A stretch of DNA of 62,135 nucleotides, taken from positions 1 to 62,135 of the forward strand of contig CALXFK010000091.1 in assembly GCA_944387575.1 (NCBI GenBank). Reading direction: 5' to 3'. Numbering within the stretch: the stretch's first letter is position 1; each line of letters begins with the position of its first letter. Origin of the DNA: an uncultured Clostridia bacterium (GTDB taxonomy: Bacteria; Bacillota; Clostridia; Oscillospirales; JAAYOS01). The notes under the pieces were generated by a model. That model searched no databases. It was not told the DNA's origin and worked only from the letters and a program-made list of their open reading frames with translations. Position numbers and translations under genes: made by a program. This document shows positions 1 to 10,253 of this stretch, one piece after another.

Positions 1-1
1 G

Positions 2-724
2 AATGAACGTGCGGATGAACTCGGTCTGGAGGACACATCGTTTGTCACGCCGAACGGACTTGATGCAGACGGTCACCACACCACGGCGCGGGAACTCGCA
101 CGGCTCGCGGCGTATGCACTATCCAACGAGACATTCAGAAAGGTTGTATCGACCACACGCGCCACGGTCGCTGGGCGCAGCATGTACAACCATAACAAGT
201 TGCTCACATTCTGCGACGATTGCACCGGGGTAAAGACGGGATATACGAAGAAGGCGGGGCGCTGCCTCGTGTCCTCGTTCAGTGACGGAACAAGCGAGAT
301 CGTCATCGTGACGCTGAATGCGCCGGACGACTGGCGCGATCACATGAAACTGCGTGACTGGGCATTTGAAAACTATGCCGCTCGCACTCTTATCGGCGAC
401 GGTGAGACGGCAGTCACAATAGGCGTAATGGGCGGAGATACTGCGCAGATGACGGCTGTTGCGGAAGCGAAGGTCGAGGTGCTGCTCAGCGAGCAGGAGG
501 CTGAACGGGTGAACTGCGAGATACTGGCGCCGCACTTCACATATGCACCGGTGCGTGCAGGGGATCCGTGTGGGGAGCTCGTTTACAGCCTTGACGGCAC
601 TGAAATAGCTCGTGTGAGGCTTGTGTGGGGCGGAGACGCCGAGCAGAGCGAGCCGCGCAAATTAAGTTTGTTTGAAAAAGTTAAGGAAGGGATAGCGGCT
701 ATTGCGGAAGGTCTCGGTTTTTGA
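2..724 (+). CDS. D-alanyl-D-alanine carboxypeptidase (peptidase S11, DacB/DacF-like), 5' truncated by window edge
   Basis: Frame is open from base 2 (NERADELGLEDTSFVTPNGLD...HTTARELA), then NHNKLL and GVKTGYTKKAGRCLV (KTG motif) and a PBP5 C-terminal domain; precedes rluB as dacB does in Firmicutes. Confidence 0.9.
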   Translation, partial: NERADELGLEDTSFVTPNGLDADGHHTTARELARLAAYALSNETFRKVVSTTRATVAGRSMYNHNKLLTFCDDCTGVKTGYTKKAGRCLVSSFSDGTSEIVIVTLNAPDDWRDHMKLRDWAFENYAARTLIGDGETAVTIGVMGGDTAQMTAVAEAKVEVLLSEQEAERVNCEILAPHFTYAPVRAGDPCGELVYSLDGTEIARVRLVWGGDAEQSEPRKLSLFEKVKEGIAAIAEGLGF

Positions 725-772
725 TATAATACCTCAGTTGAAACAGTAAAAACGGAAATTGAGGTAATATCG

Positions 773-1483
773 TTGAAGGAACGTCTGCAAAAAATAATTT
801 CCGCGTACGGTGTGGCGTCGAGGCGTGCGGCGGAGAAAATGATACTCGACGGAAGGGTAAGCGTAGACGGAGAGCAGGCGACGCTTGGCATGTCAGCAGA
901 CCCGGATGCTCAGACGATCGAGATCGACGGACTGCCGCTTAGTGCTCCGCCTGAGCACGTCTATATAATGTTGTATAAGCCGCGCGGATATGTTACCACG
1001 ATGTCGGATGAGCGCGGGCGAAGCCGTACGGTTGGCACCCTTGTCGACTGCGGCACCCGCGTCTATCCGGTGGGAAGGCTCGACATGGCGTCTGAGGGTC
1101 TGCTTATTATGACGAACGACGGTGAGGCTGCGCTCGCACTGACACACCCGCGAAAGCTGGTCGACAAGGCGTACCGCGTGACGGTGGAACCGGCGTCGGA
1201 CGAAAAAATCGCAGCGCTTGCCGCGATGGGAGAGCTCGATGGAGAACGGATAGTGCCGCCGGGCGTAGATGTCCTTTCGCGGAACGGAGAGCGCTGGAGG
1301 ATAGAAATGGTGATCCACGAGGGGAAAAACCGACAGATACGGCGCATGTGCGAGCAGCAGGGCATGGCGGTAAAACGGCTGAAGCGTGTACGAATTGGCG
1401 AACTAAAACTCGGTATGCTCTCGCCAGGGGAGTGGCGTTATCTTGACCGTGAGGAAACGGATTACATAAAATCGCTGAGGTAA
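773..1483 (+). CDS. rluB: 23S rRNA pseudouridine synthase, RsuA/RluB family
   Basis: S4 domain (ERLQKIISAYGVASRRAAE), KPRGYVTT, catalytic PVGRLD, IHEGKNRQIRRM; TTG start after GAGG. Confidence 0.9.
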   Translation: MKERLQKIISAYGVASRRAAEKMILDGRVSVDGEQATLGMSADPDAQTIEIDGLPLSAPPEHVYIMLYKPRGYVTTMSDERGRSRTVGTLVDCGTRVYPVGRLDMASEGLLIMTNDGEAALALTHPRKLVDKAYRVTVEPASDEKIAALAAMGELDGERIVPPGVDVLSRNGERWRIEMVIHEGKNRQIRRMCEQQGMAVKRLKRVRIGELKLGMLSPGEWRYLDREETDYIKSLR

Positions 1484-1514
1484 AGCGATAACAGGAAAAG
1501 AGGTTATTCTTTAT

Positions 1515-2387
1515 ATGAGTCTCGATCTCATGAAGCGTATCGAGGAAAGACGTCAAGACTTTTCAAAAGGTCAGCGGCGCATCGCTGATTTTATCATGCA
1601 GCACTACGACAAAGCCGCATATATGACAGCGCACCGCCTCGGAGAGACATGCGGAGTGAGCGAGAGTACGGTCGTACGTTTTGCCACCGAACTCGGCTAC
1701 ACCGGATACCCGCATATGCAGCGCGAGCTGCGTGAAATGGTGCATACGAGGCTCAACTCGGTGCAGCGCCTTGAGCTCACATGGGAGAGAATGCAGGGTC
1801 AGAGCATGTACAAGGGCGTAATGGAAAATGACATCGACAAGATACGCGGTACTATGGACACGGTCGAAGGCGAAGTGTTTGAGCACGCCGTGGACATGAT
1901 ACTCGCGGCAAAGCGCATTTACATAATTGGAATGCGTACCTCGTCCTTCCTTGCTGGATTCCTCGGGTTTTATTTCCGTCTGCTCTTCAGTAAGGTAACC
2001 GTCGTGGGCGGTCTTGCGGGAGAGGGAGACATATTTGAGAGTCTGTTTCGCGTCGGACCGGAGGATGTAGTTATCGGGATAAGTTTCCCGCGCTATTCCA
2101 AACGCACCATGCGCGGTCTGCGTTTTGCCCGTGACAGAGGCGCCGGTATCATCTCGATAACCGACTGCGCAAGCTCGCCGATATCCGCTCTAGGTAACAT
2201 CTCGCTTTTTGCACCGTGTGAAATGGCGTCGTTTGTCGATTCGCTTGTCGCTCCGCTTAGTCTGATAAACGCGCTGATAGTTGCCATAGGTATGCGCAGA
2301 CGCGAGGACATATCCGAGACGTTCAGCGTGCTTGAGGATATCTGGGATGAATACGAGATATATGAAAAAGCCGAGCAGAGCAACTGA
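1515..2387 (+). CDS. MurR/RpiR family transcriptional regulator
   Basis: HTH GVSESTVVRFATELGYTGYP followed by SIS domain (ISFPRYS, ISITD..SPI). Confidence 0.92.
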   Translation: MSLDLMKRIEERRQDFSKGQRRIADFIMQHYDKAAYMTAHRLGETCGVSESTVVRFATELGYTGYPHMQRELREMVHTRLNSVQRLELTWERMQGQSMYKGVMENDIDKIRGTMDTVEGEVFEHAVDMILAAKRIYIIGMRTSSFLAGFLGFYFRLLFSKVTVVGGLAGEGDIFESLFRVGPEDVVIGISFPRYSKRTMRGLRFARDRGAGIISITDCASSPISALGNISLFAPCEMASFVDSLVAPLSLINALIVAIGMRRREDISETFSVLEDIWDEYEIYEKAEQSN

Positions 2388-3621
2388 TATTGCGGTGATA
2401 GGCGGGGGAGCCGCCGGAATGATGGCTGCAATCACAGCAGCAGAGAGCGGTGCTCAGGTCGTAGTGCTTGAGAGGAATGGATACTGCGGCAAAAAGATAA
2501 ATATAACCGGTAAAGGTCGCTGCAATCTTACAAATAATTGTGAGGTAGCGGACGCCGTTAAAAACATTCCGCACGGAGGTAAATTCCTTTACAGCGCGAT
2601 TTCAAAATTTTCTCCACAACAGACGATAGACTGGTTTGAAAGCCGGGGTCTGCAACTGAAAACCGAGCGGGGAGACCGTGTATTCCCTGCGTCCGACAAG
2701 GCGGTGGATGTTTCGGCGCTGTTGCGCGCCGAAATGAAACGCGCCGGTGTGAAGGTCGTGCAGGGACGGGCGCGGTCTATCGAGATTTCTGACGGTACGG
2801 TCTGCTCGGTGGTCGATGAGAACGGCGAGTTTGCATGTAAAGCCGCAATACTTGCAACTGGTGGACGCTCATATCCGGCTACTGGATCTACGGGGGACGG
2901 ATACACGATCGCGCAGGCGCTTGGTCACACAGTGACGCCGACCGGAGCGTCTATAGTGCCGCTCGTTTCAGGGGATACATTTTGTGCAGAGCTTGCCGGT
3001 CTATCACTGAAGAATGTAAAGGTAAAAGCAATTACTGATAATAAACGTGTGATATACGAGGATTTCGGGGAGCTGCTGTTCACTCATTTTGGTCTCAGCG
3101 GACCGACGATACTTTCTGCATCTGCGCACCTGTGTGACATCGACTTTGGGGCGCACAGCTGCCAGATAGTCATCGACCTGAAGCCGGCGTTAGACGAGGG
3201 AAAGCTGGATGCACGGATGCTTCGCGAATTTGCCGAAACACCAAACCGGAGCATTTCAAATCTGCTCGGTTCGCTCCTGCCTCGTGCTCTTGCCACAATA
3301 CTGCCCGGGCTTGCTGGCGTTGACGGAAGCACTCCGGTCAATTCGATTACGCGAGAGCAGCGCAGGCAGATCGAGACCGTAATAAAGCGGTTTGTGGTTA
3401 ACATAGGCGGGCTGCGTCCAGTGGAGGAGGCGGTCATAACCCGAGGAGGCGTTTCACTTTCGGAGGTGGATTCGCACAGCATGGCGTCGAAACTTGTAAA
3501 GGGACTTTACTTTGCAGGCGAGCTTCTCGATGTTGATGCGTATACCGGCGGTTTCAATTTGCAGATAGCGTGGTCGACCGGGAACCTTGCGGGGAAGAGT
3601 GCTGCGCACTATCTGCTGTAA
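2362..3621 (+). CDS. HI0933/YhiN family flavoprotein oxidoreductase
   Basis: VIGGGAAGMMAA, GKKINITGKGRCNLTN, ATGGRSYPATGSTGDG, LFTHFGLSGP, TGGFNLQIAWSTG; start placed at MKKPS. Confidence 0.92.
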   Translation: MKKPSRATDIAVIGGGAAGMMAAITAAESGAQVVVLERNGYCGKKINITGKGRCNLTNNCEVADAVKNIPHGGKFLYSAISKFSPQQTIDWFESRGLQLKTERGDRVFPASDKAVDVSALLRAEMKRAGVKVVQGRARSIEISDGTVCSVVDENGEFACKAAILATGGRSYPATGSTGDGYTIAQALGHTVTPTGASIVPLVSGDTFCAELAGLSLKNVKVKAITDNKRVIYEDFGELLFTHFGLSGPTILSASAHLCDIDFGAHSCQIVIDLKPALDEGKLDARMLREFAETPNRSISNLLGSLLPRALATILPGLAGVDGSTPVNSITREQRRQIETVIKRFVVNIGGLRPVEEAVITRGGVSLSEVDSHSMASKLVKGLYFAGELLDVDAYTGGFNLQIAWSTGNLAGKSAAHYLL

Positions 3622-3650
3622 AACAAATTACTTGCACTGGAGGCTGAAAT

Positions 3651-4325
3651 ATGGAGAAGTTTGCGGTTGCAATAGACGGACCGAACGGCGCGGGCAAGAG
3701 TTCGGTGGCGCGTGCACTTGCGGCGAAGCTGGGCTGTGTGTATGTGGACACCGGGGCGCTTTACCGCGCTATTGGACTACACGTTGAGAGATGTGGCGCC
3801 GACCCGGACAGCGCGGAGCAGGTCGCTGAGATACTGCATGATGCAAAGGTCGAACTGCGTTACGCGGAGGAGGGACAGCGCGTATACCTCAACGGTGAGG
3901 ATGTGTCCGGTCTCATTCGCACACCCAAGGCGTCGATATACGCCTCGAAGGTTTCAAAGATACCGGAGGTACGGGCGGCGCTGCTTGGGATTCAGCGTGA
4001 TATGGCGACGCATCAGAGCGTGGTCATGGACGGAAGAGATATTGGTACGGTGGTGCTACCGTCTGCGGAGGTTAAGATATTCCTCACCGCTTCGCCGGAA
4101 GTACGTGCAAAACGGCGTTACCTTGAGCTTATCGAAAAAGGTGAGAATACGACACTTGAAGAGGTGCTGAACGACCTTATTTGGAGAGATAAGAACGATT
4201 CCGAACGGGAGATCGCCCCGCTGCGACCGGCAGAGGATTCGGTGCTCGTGGATACAAGCGAGCTTGACTTTGAGCAAAGCGTAGCGGCGGTGGAGAAAGT
4301 GGTAAGCGAAAGGACAGGAAGATAG
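3651..4325 (+). CDS. cmk: Cytidylate kinase
   Basis: AIDGPNGAGKS, VDTGALYR, VMDGRDIGTVV, RDKNDSEREIAPL. Confidence 0.96.
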   Translation: MEKFAVAIDGPNGAGKSSVARALAAKLGCVYVDTGALYRAIGLHVERCGADPDSAEQVAEILHDAKVELRYAEEGQRVYLNGEDVSGLIRTPKASIYASKVSKIPEVRAALLGIQRDMATHQSVVMDGRDIGTVVLPSAEVKIFLTASPEVRAKRRYLELIEKGENTTLEEVLNDLIWRDKNDSEREIAPLRPAEDSVLVDTSELDFEQSVAAVEKVVSERTGR

Positions 4326-4937
4326 ATGGCGGCGGTGATATACAGGATATATTACTGGGCGGTGTGGATATACACGCACCTGTTTTACAAGTTCCACGTG
4401 CATGGTTCGGAGAATGTCGTTGACGGTCCGGCGGTGGTATGTGCCAACCACTCGTCTATGATGGACCCGCTCATGGTGGCGCTAGGAATGCGCAATTCGC
4501 GTGGGTATAACCAGCCAAAATTTCTTGCAAAGAGCGAGCTCGGATCGGTACCGGTGCTTAGGTCAATCATCAGTTTCCTCATCGTGTATGTTCGGAGGGG
4601 GGAGTCGGACATAGCGGCAATAAAGAAGTCTATCGAGCACTTGAAAAGCGGTGGACGGCTCATAGTGTTTCCGGAAGGACGGCGGGTAAATGAAGGAGAG
4701 AAGAGCGACGTAAAGACTGGAGTGATAATGATGTCTATGCGCTCTGGTGCCCCTGTTCAGCCAACCTTCGTTACCGAGTGCCGCAAACCGATGTTTTGCC
4801 GCCGTAGAATAGACGTTGTATTCGGAGAGGCGTATATGCCCCGGAAAATGAGCGGAGAGGCGACAAGCGAGGCTTACCGCAGGGAAGCCGACGAGCTGAT
4901 GCGCAGGATAGAGAAACTTGGGGAGAACTTGAAATGA
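4326..4937 (+). CDS. plsC: 1-acyl-sn-glycerol-3-phosphate acyltransferase
   Basis: NHSSMMD (HX4D), FLAKSEL, VFPEGRR; sits between cmk and ispH. Confidence 0.88.
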   Translation: MAAVIYRIYYWAVWIYTHLFYKFHVHGSENVVDGPAVVCANHSSMMDPLMVALGMRNSRGYNQPKFLAKSELGSVPVLRSIISFLIVYVRRGESDIAAIKKSIEHLKSGGRLIVFPEGRRVNEGEKSDVKTGVIMMSMRSGAPVQPTFVTECRKPMFCRRRIDVVFGEAYMPRKMSGEATSEAYRREADELMRRIEKLGENLK

Positions 4938-7063
4938 AGGTCATTCTTGCATCGACCGCTGGGTTCTGTTTCGGGGTGGACCGCGCGGTGAAACTTGCGG
5001 ACGAATGTGCCGGAAATGCGGCTACACTTGGTCCTATAATCCACAACAGCACCGTGACCCATGAGCTAGAAGAGCGTGGTGTGCGCATCGCGCAGGGGGT
5101 TGATGAACTGCGCCCGGGCGAGACTGCGATAATTTGTTCGCACGGCGCCCCTCGTGCGGTGCATGAGGAATTGAAACGGCGTGGAATAGAATACGTCGAT
5201 GCGACCTGTCCGTACGTAAAGCGTATACATGACACGGTCGCAAAGGAGAGCGCCCAGGGCAGACAGGTGGTAATAATCGGGCAGGCGCAGCACACCGAGG
5301 TGAAAGGGATAGCCGGATGGTGTGAGAGCCCGCCGCTTGTGTTCGAAAATGCCGAGGAGTTCTCAAAATGGCTTGATGAGGCGCCGGAAAACCGGTCAAA
5401 GGCGCTTTCAGTGGTCTCGCAGACAACGTTGGATATAAGCGTTTGGGAACAAATTGTGAATTTTTTAAAAAACCAGTGTACAAATGCGAAAAAGTTTGAT
5501 ACAATATGCAAAGCCACAATTCTGAGGCAGCGCGAGGCGGCGCAGATAGCCGCCGGCAGCGACGCCATGGTCATTGCGGGAGACAAGCGAAGCGCAAACA
5601 CCAGGCGGCTGTACGAGCTATGCCGTCGCTACTGCGAGAATGTTTTTCTTGTGGAGAATGCGGCTGGGCTCGGTGAATTTGGCGACTTTTCCACCGTCGG
5701 CGTCACCGCGGGGGCGTCAACGCCGAGGCGGATAATTATGGAGGTCTGTAAGAAAATGAGCGACGAAATACTGAACGTCACAGGTGAGGACGTAAACACT
5801 GCCGCAGAGCCTGCGGTAGAGAACGCGGAGCCGGCAGCGCCGGTTGCTGCCGAGGCTGACAAGGTCATTGAACCCGCAGCCGTATCTGAGGATGCTACTT
5901 TTGCAGAAATGCTTGAACAGACGTTCAAGACTTTGAATAACGGGGATAAGGTCAAGGGTGTTGTGACCGGGATTTCCGGCACCGAGGTTCAGGTCGATCT
6001 TGGTACCAAGCATGCGGGTTACATACCGCTTGCCGAGCTGGGTGACGATCAGGAGTTTATTTCCTCGCTTAAAGTTGGCGACGAGATAGAGGCGTCGGTC
6101 ATCCGCGTAAACGACGTCGAGGGCACCGCAATGCTCTCCAAGCGCCGTCTTGACAGTGCTAAGGGCTGGGAGGACGTTGAAGCTGCGGTAGAGAGCCATG
6201 AGACTATGGAAGGCTATATCACCGAGGAGAACAAGGGCGGTGTTGTGGCGTCGGTCAAGGGCGTGCGCGTGTTCATACCCGCGTCGCAGACCGGTGTTCC
6301 GCGCGGCGGTTCGCTGAGCGGTCTTGTCAAGACCAAGGTTCGCCTCAAGATAACCGAGGTCAATCGTGCCCGCCGCCGTGTTGTCGGTTCGATAAGCGCT
6401 GTTACGCGCGAGGAGCGCAAGGCTAAGGCGGAGCAGGTCTGGAACGAGATCGAAGAAGGGAAGATTTATGAGGGTGTCGTCAAGTCTATGACCAATTACG
6501 GCGTGTTCGTAGACATCGGCGGAGTGGACGGAATGGTCCACATTTCTGAGCTCTCCTGGCAGCGTGTACGTCATCCGCAGGATGTTGTTTCGGTTGGCGA
6601 CACTGTTACCGTGCATGTCCTCTCGTTTGACCGCGAGAAGAAGAAGATCTCGCTCGGATTGCGCACCGCGGAGGACAATCCGTGGACCAAGTTTGTTGCC
6701 GGATACAATATAGGCGACGTTATCACCGCTAAAGTGGTCAAGCTTATGACCTTTGGTGCTTTTGCGGAAATTATTCCCGGCGTCGACGGTCTTATACACA
6801 TCTCGCAGATTGCCGATCACCGCATAGGCAAGCCGGGCGATGTGCTCAGCGAGGGTCAGGAAGTTCAGTGCAAGATAACCAACGTCGACTACGACAAGCA
6901 GAAGGTCTGGCTCAGCATTCGTGCTCTTCTTGAGGCGGATGCCGCTGACGGATCCGCTCAGGACGATGAACCTGCCGAGGAGGATACAGGCGACGGAATC
7001 GTTGCTTCGAGCGAGGCTGGTGTTCTCACTATTTCCAAGGATATAGCGGATGTCGAAGAGTAA
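4934..7063 (+). CDS. ispH-rpsA: Fused 4-hydroxy-3-methylbut-2-enyl diphosphate reductase (IspH) / 30S ribosomal protein S1
   Basis: AGFCFGVDRA, HNSTV, DATCPYV, DTICKAT, TAGASTP (IspH) followed by four S1 repeats (e.g. YGVFVDIGGVDGMVHISEL). Confidence 0.95.
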   Translation: MKVILASTAGFCFGVDRAVKLADECAGNAATLGPIIHNSTVTHELEERGVRIAQGVDELRPGETAIICSHGAPRAVHEELKRRGIEYVDATCPYVKRIHDTVAKESAQGRQVVIIGQAQHTEVKGIAGWCESPPLVFENAEEFSKWLDEAPENRSKALSVVSQTTLDISVWEQIVNFLKNQCTNAKKFDTICKATILRQREAAQIAAGSDAMVIAGDKRSANTRRLYELCRRYCENVFLVENAAGLGEFGDFSTVGVTAGASTPRRIIMEVCKKMSDEILNVTGEDVNTAAEPAVENAEPAAPVAAEADKVIEPAAVSEDATFAEMLEQTFKTLNNGDKVKGVVTGISGTEVQVDLGTKHAGYIPLAELGDDQEFISSLKVGDEIEASVIRVNDVEGTAMLSKRRLDSAKGWEDVEAAVESHETMEGYITEENKGGVVASVKGVRVFIPASQTGVPRGGSLSGLVKTKVRLKITEVNRARRRVVGSISAVTREERKAKAEQVWNEIEEGKIYEGVVKSMTNYGVFVDIGGVDGMVHISELSWQRVRHPQDVVSVGDTVTVHVLSFDREKKKISLGLRTAEDNPWTKFVAGYNIGDVITAKVVKLMTFGAFAEIIPGVDGLIHISQIADHRIGKPGDVLSEGQEVQCKITNVDYDKQKVWLSIRALLEADAADGSAQDDEPAEEDTGDGIVASSEAGVLTISKDIADVEE

Positions 7064-7085
7064 ATCTGTCATATAGTCAATTAGG

Positions 7086-7130
7086 CGAGCCGTCAGAGGG
7101 CAATATCAGATTGTCTTCTGCGGCTCGTTT
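7086..7130 (+). terminator. Probable intrinsic terminator after ispH-rpsA
   Basis: Long imperfect inverted repeat cgagccg(t)cagagggcaat / attgtcttctgcggctcg followed by TTT. Confidence 0.6.
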
Positions 7131-7158
7131 ACCTTTCGCATAATCATGAGGAGAAAAA

Positions 7159-10152
7159 ATGGCTCTGCTTAAAAAAATATCTGCATTCGTGCTCGCATCT
7201 GCGCTCGTGCTGTCCTCTATTCCGTTCAGCGCAAGCGCAGCAGGAGTGATCTCATCTGATACCAAAAGAATAGCGCCTGGTCTCGATCTCACGGTGTCAC
7301 AATACCAGAATTCAGGCGGCTCAAAAAACGAGGAGCGATACATAGTAAGCACACCGGGAAGCGGCGCTGTCCCGGTAGTTGCATACGGGTCAACACTGTA
7401 CGGAACATCCACCGTAAAATATGTTGCCTCGCACGAGACGTCGCGCGGAAATGAGGTTATTGCAGGAATAAACGGCGACTTCTATATGACCGATACCGGA
7501 GTCCCGATAGGAATAGTAATTACCGACGGTATTCTCCGCAGCTCGGACGCCGGAGTTAACGCGGTCGGTATGTATTCGGACGGCAGTGTCATCATCGGCA
7601 CTCCCGCTCTGAGCATAACCGCCGTTGCAGACAGCGGCGCTTCAGTCAAAATAGATTATGTAAACAAGACTCGAAAGAACTACGGTGTGTGGCTGCTGAC
7701 CGATGATTTTTCTGCAAATACCCGCGCGACAGGCGAGAGCGTGATGGTAGTGCTTGGTGGTTTGAGCGGGGAGCTTCGTGTCGGCGGGTATGTCAATGCA
7801 CAGGTAGTTGACATAATAACTACATCTACCACTCGTGAGATAGGTGCAGACGAGATGATAATAACCGCGACCGTAGAGAATGGGAATTCAGAGCGGCTGA
7901 GCGGGTTTGTTGTTGGAGACAACGTGCAGATAACTGTGACATCGCCGGATGAGCGGTGGAGCGAGGTCAGCTATGCCGTTGGAGCCGGGGATATGCTTGT
8001 AAGCGATTCTGCGGTTTGCAGTGGGTTAAGTACCAGCAAGAACCCGCGGACGGCGGTAGGAGTGCGCGCGGACGGAAGCGCGGTATTTTACACGGTTGAC
8101 GGACGCAGTGCGTCATGGTCGGCTGGCATGGGTCTTGACGAACTTGCGAACCGTATGCTCGAGCTCGGATGTGTGTCCGCGGTGAATATGGACGGCGGTG
8201 GTTCGACCGCAATGGTCGCGGCGATGCCTGGAAAAACTGAACTTGATACGCAGAACAGGCCTTCGGACGGTACGTTGCGTATGGGTGCAAACTACATTTT
8301 GTTCCTCAATAAGTCGGAATCGACCGGAATGGCAGAGCAGTTTTTCTTCTACCCGGAGACTGTCACGCTGCTCGCCGGCACCTCATATACTCCGAATTGT
8401 TACCCGACTGATCGCAATTATCATCCGGTAACTTTGCCTCAGGACGTGGAGTGGAGCGTATCTGGTCAGGGCAGTGTGGATGCGAGCGGAAGATACACTG
8501 CTCCGGAAGGGTTCACCGGAGTGGACGTCATAACTGTGTCCAACGGGGCGTATAGCGGAAGCATGCAGGTGAACGTTATTTCTTCCCCGGATAATATTTA
8601 TGTTACAAGCGGTGACGAGAAAATAACCGAGCTGCGGCTCGAGCCGTCGCAGAGTATTTCGCTCGGCGCATACTGCGAGTATGCGGGTGAGGAGATCGAG
8701 TCCGCAAGTACCCTCTACAAGTGGAACGTGAGCGGCGGAATAGGCAGCATGAGCTCGGACGGGAAGTTTACGGCAACGGCTGAAAATGGCGTGCGCGGTA
8801 CTATCACCGTGAGCTACGGCTCCGCTACCGCCACGGTGAATGTGACGGTGGGCAAGGGCAGTACCCTCATTGACGGCTTTGAAAACGGCAACTCGGGCAT
8901 TTCGGGTAGCGCCACTGGGATAACCTCAAGCGTTCAGTCCGAGCGTGCATATGTCAAATACGGCGAGTCGTCCGCCAAAATAGTCACGAACTTCGGTGCC
9001 GACTCGAGTAAGGCGTCGCTCGCAACGAACTGGAAGATACCTGTCGGTTCGCTCACGCTTAAAATGTGGGTGTACGGCGACAATTCGCAAAACGAACTGG
9101 GCGTCACGGTTGCGATGGATGACGGTTCACAGAGGTATATCAAGGTCTGTGCCCTGAATTATAAGGAGTACGCGCTTCAGACGGTCGAACTGCCGGATGG
9201 CGCAGTATCGGTGAGCTCGGTGGATATAACCCGCACCGCGAGCGGACGTAGTACCGGGACCATTTACATTGACCAGGTGACGGCATCCTATTCGAGTGGA
9301 GCGGATACGACACCTCCGGTGATCTCTGCGGTGAAGGTTGATTCGGTGACCACACCCGGTTCCGCGGTCCTGACCGCCGCGTTCTCGGACGATGAGAGCG
9401 CGGTGCTCGCCGAAAATATCGCGATAATGTTTGACGGAGTTAAAATAGGGTTCAGCTACGACAGCGCGTCGTCCACCCTCATCTCCACGCCGATAGACCC
9501 GTCGGATGGCAAGCTTCACCGCATAACGATCGAAGCGTCGGACGCTGCTGGTAACGTATCGCGGTACACATACACCTACGACCTGCGCCAAGGGACCGAG
9601 CAGAGCCCATTTGCGGATGCAGCCGGTGAGTCGAGCATATACGCTGCAAATTACCTCAATGCTCGCGGTGTTCTGAACGGGTCACTTGCAAACGACGGCA
9701 AGCTCTACTACTACCCGCAGAAGACGATGACGAGAATGGAGTTTGCTGTGCTCATGGCAAACTACCTGAAGGTGGATCTGAGTGAGTATTCGGAGGTCGA
9801 ACTCCCGTTTACCGACGCGGCGTCGATTGACAACTGGGCGCAGGATGCCGTCAAGGCAATGTATGCGCTCGGAATAATCAGTGGCAAGGCTAAAAATGAC
9901 GGAACGCTCATATTTGACCCCAGGGCAACGATGACTCGTGCTGATGTCTGCACAGTGCTTGGACGCACACTGCCGGGTGGTTATCAGAGCGCAGATCTCA
10001 AGTTTGACGATGCAAGCTCGATCCCGTCATATGCAAAGGAGTTTGTCGGCGTGCTCGTGACCATTGGGGCGCTGCAAAATAGCGGCAGCTTCCGACCGAC
10101 CGACAGTATTACCCGCTCCGAGGCAGCGCTGCTGGTGTACGGCATGTATTGA
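7159..10152 (+). CDS. Secreted phosphodiester glycosidase (NAGPA-like) with Ig-like domains and C-terminal SLH repeats
   Basis: Signal peptide ending ASA; INGDFY, NPRTAVG, VDGRS, NMDGGGST; SLH motifs MTRMEFA, MTRADV, ITRSEAA. Confidence 0.85.
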   Translation: MALLKKISAFVLASALVLSSIPFSASAAGVISSDTKRIAPGLDLTVSQYQNSGGSKNEERYIVSTPGSGAVPVVAYGSTLYGTSTVKYVASHETSRGNEVIAGINGDFYMTDTGVPIGIVITDGILRSSDAGVNAVGMYSDGSVIIGTPALSITAVADSGASVKIDYVNKTRKNYGVWLLTDDFSANTRATGESVMVVLGGLSGELRVGGYVNAQVVDIITTSTTREIGADEMIITATVENGNSERLSGFVVGDNVQITVTSPDERWSEVSYAVGAGDMLVSDSAVCSGLSTSKNPRTAVGVRADGSAVFYTVDGRSASWSAGMGLDELANRMLELGCVSAVNMDGGGSTAMVAAMPGKTELDTQNRPSDGTLRMGANYILFLNKSESTGMAEQFFFYPETVTLLAGTSYTPNCYPTDRNYHPVTLPQDVEWSVSGQGSVDASGRYTAPEGFTGVDVITVSNGAYSGSMQVNVISSPDNIYVTSGDEKITELRLEPSQSISLGAYCEYAGEEIESASTLYKWNVSGGIGSMSSDGKFTATAENGVRGTITVSYGSATATVNVTVGKGSTLIDGFENGNSGISGSATGITSSVQSERAYVKYGESSAKIVTNFGADSSKASLATNWKIPVGSLTLKMWVYGDNSQNELGVTVAMDDGSQRYIKVCALNYKEYALQTVELPDGAVSVSSVDITRTASGRSTGTIYIDQVTASYSSGADTTPPVISAVKVDSVTTPGSAVLTAAFSDDESAVLAENIAIMFDGVKIGFSYDSASSTLISTPIDPSDGKLHRITIEASDAAGNVSRYTYTYDLRQGTEQSPFADAAGESSIYAANYLNARGVLNGSLANDGKLYYYPQKTMTRMEFAVLMANYLKVDLSEYSEVELPFTDAASIDNWAQDAVKAMYALGIISGKAKNDGTLIFDPRATMTRADVCTVLGRTLPGGYQSADLKFDDASSIPSYAKEFVGVLVTIGALQNSGSFRPTDSITRSEAALLVYGMY

Positions 10153-10177
10153 TTTGGAAAAGAATTTTGAAATACTA

Positions 10178-10206
10178 TTGCATTTTCACGGTCAATAAGA
10201 TATAAT
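10178..10206 (+). promoter_or_regulatory. sigmaA-type promoter for the leader-ABC exporter transcript
   Basis: TTGCAT-17 nt-TATAAT. Confidence 0.75.
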
Positions 10207-10253
10207 ACCGCAGGATAGGAAAACTACGCCAAACTGTGAAAGGAGGACGGACG

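Noticed and set aside
5717-7072. 451-aa antisense ORF opposite rpsA, and similar long antisense ORFs at 15348-16523, 18768-19967, 23509-24930, 27835-28971, 37911-38816 and 54513-55601
   Set aside because: Each lies opposite a motif-complete gene and has no recognisable motifs; such shadow frames are expected from GC-rich codon bias
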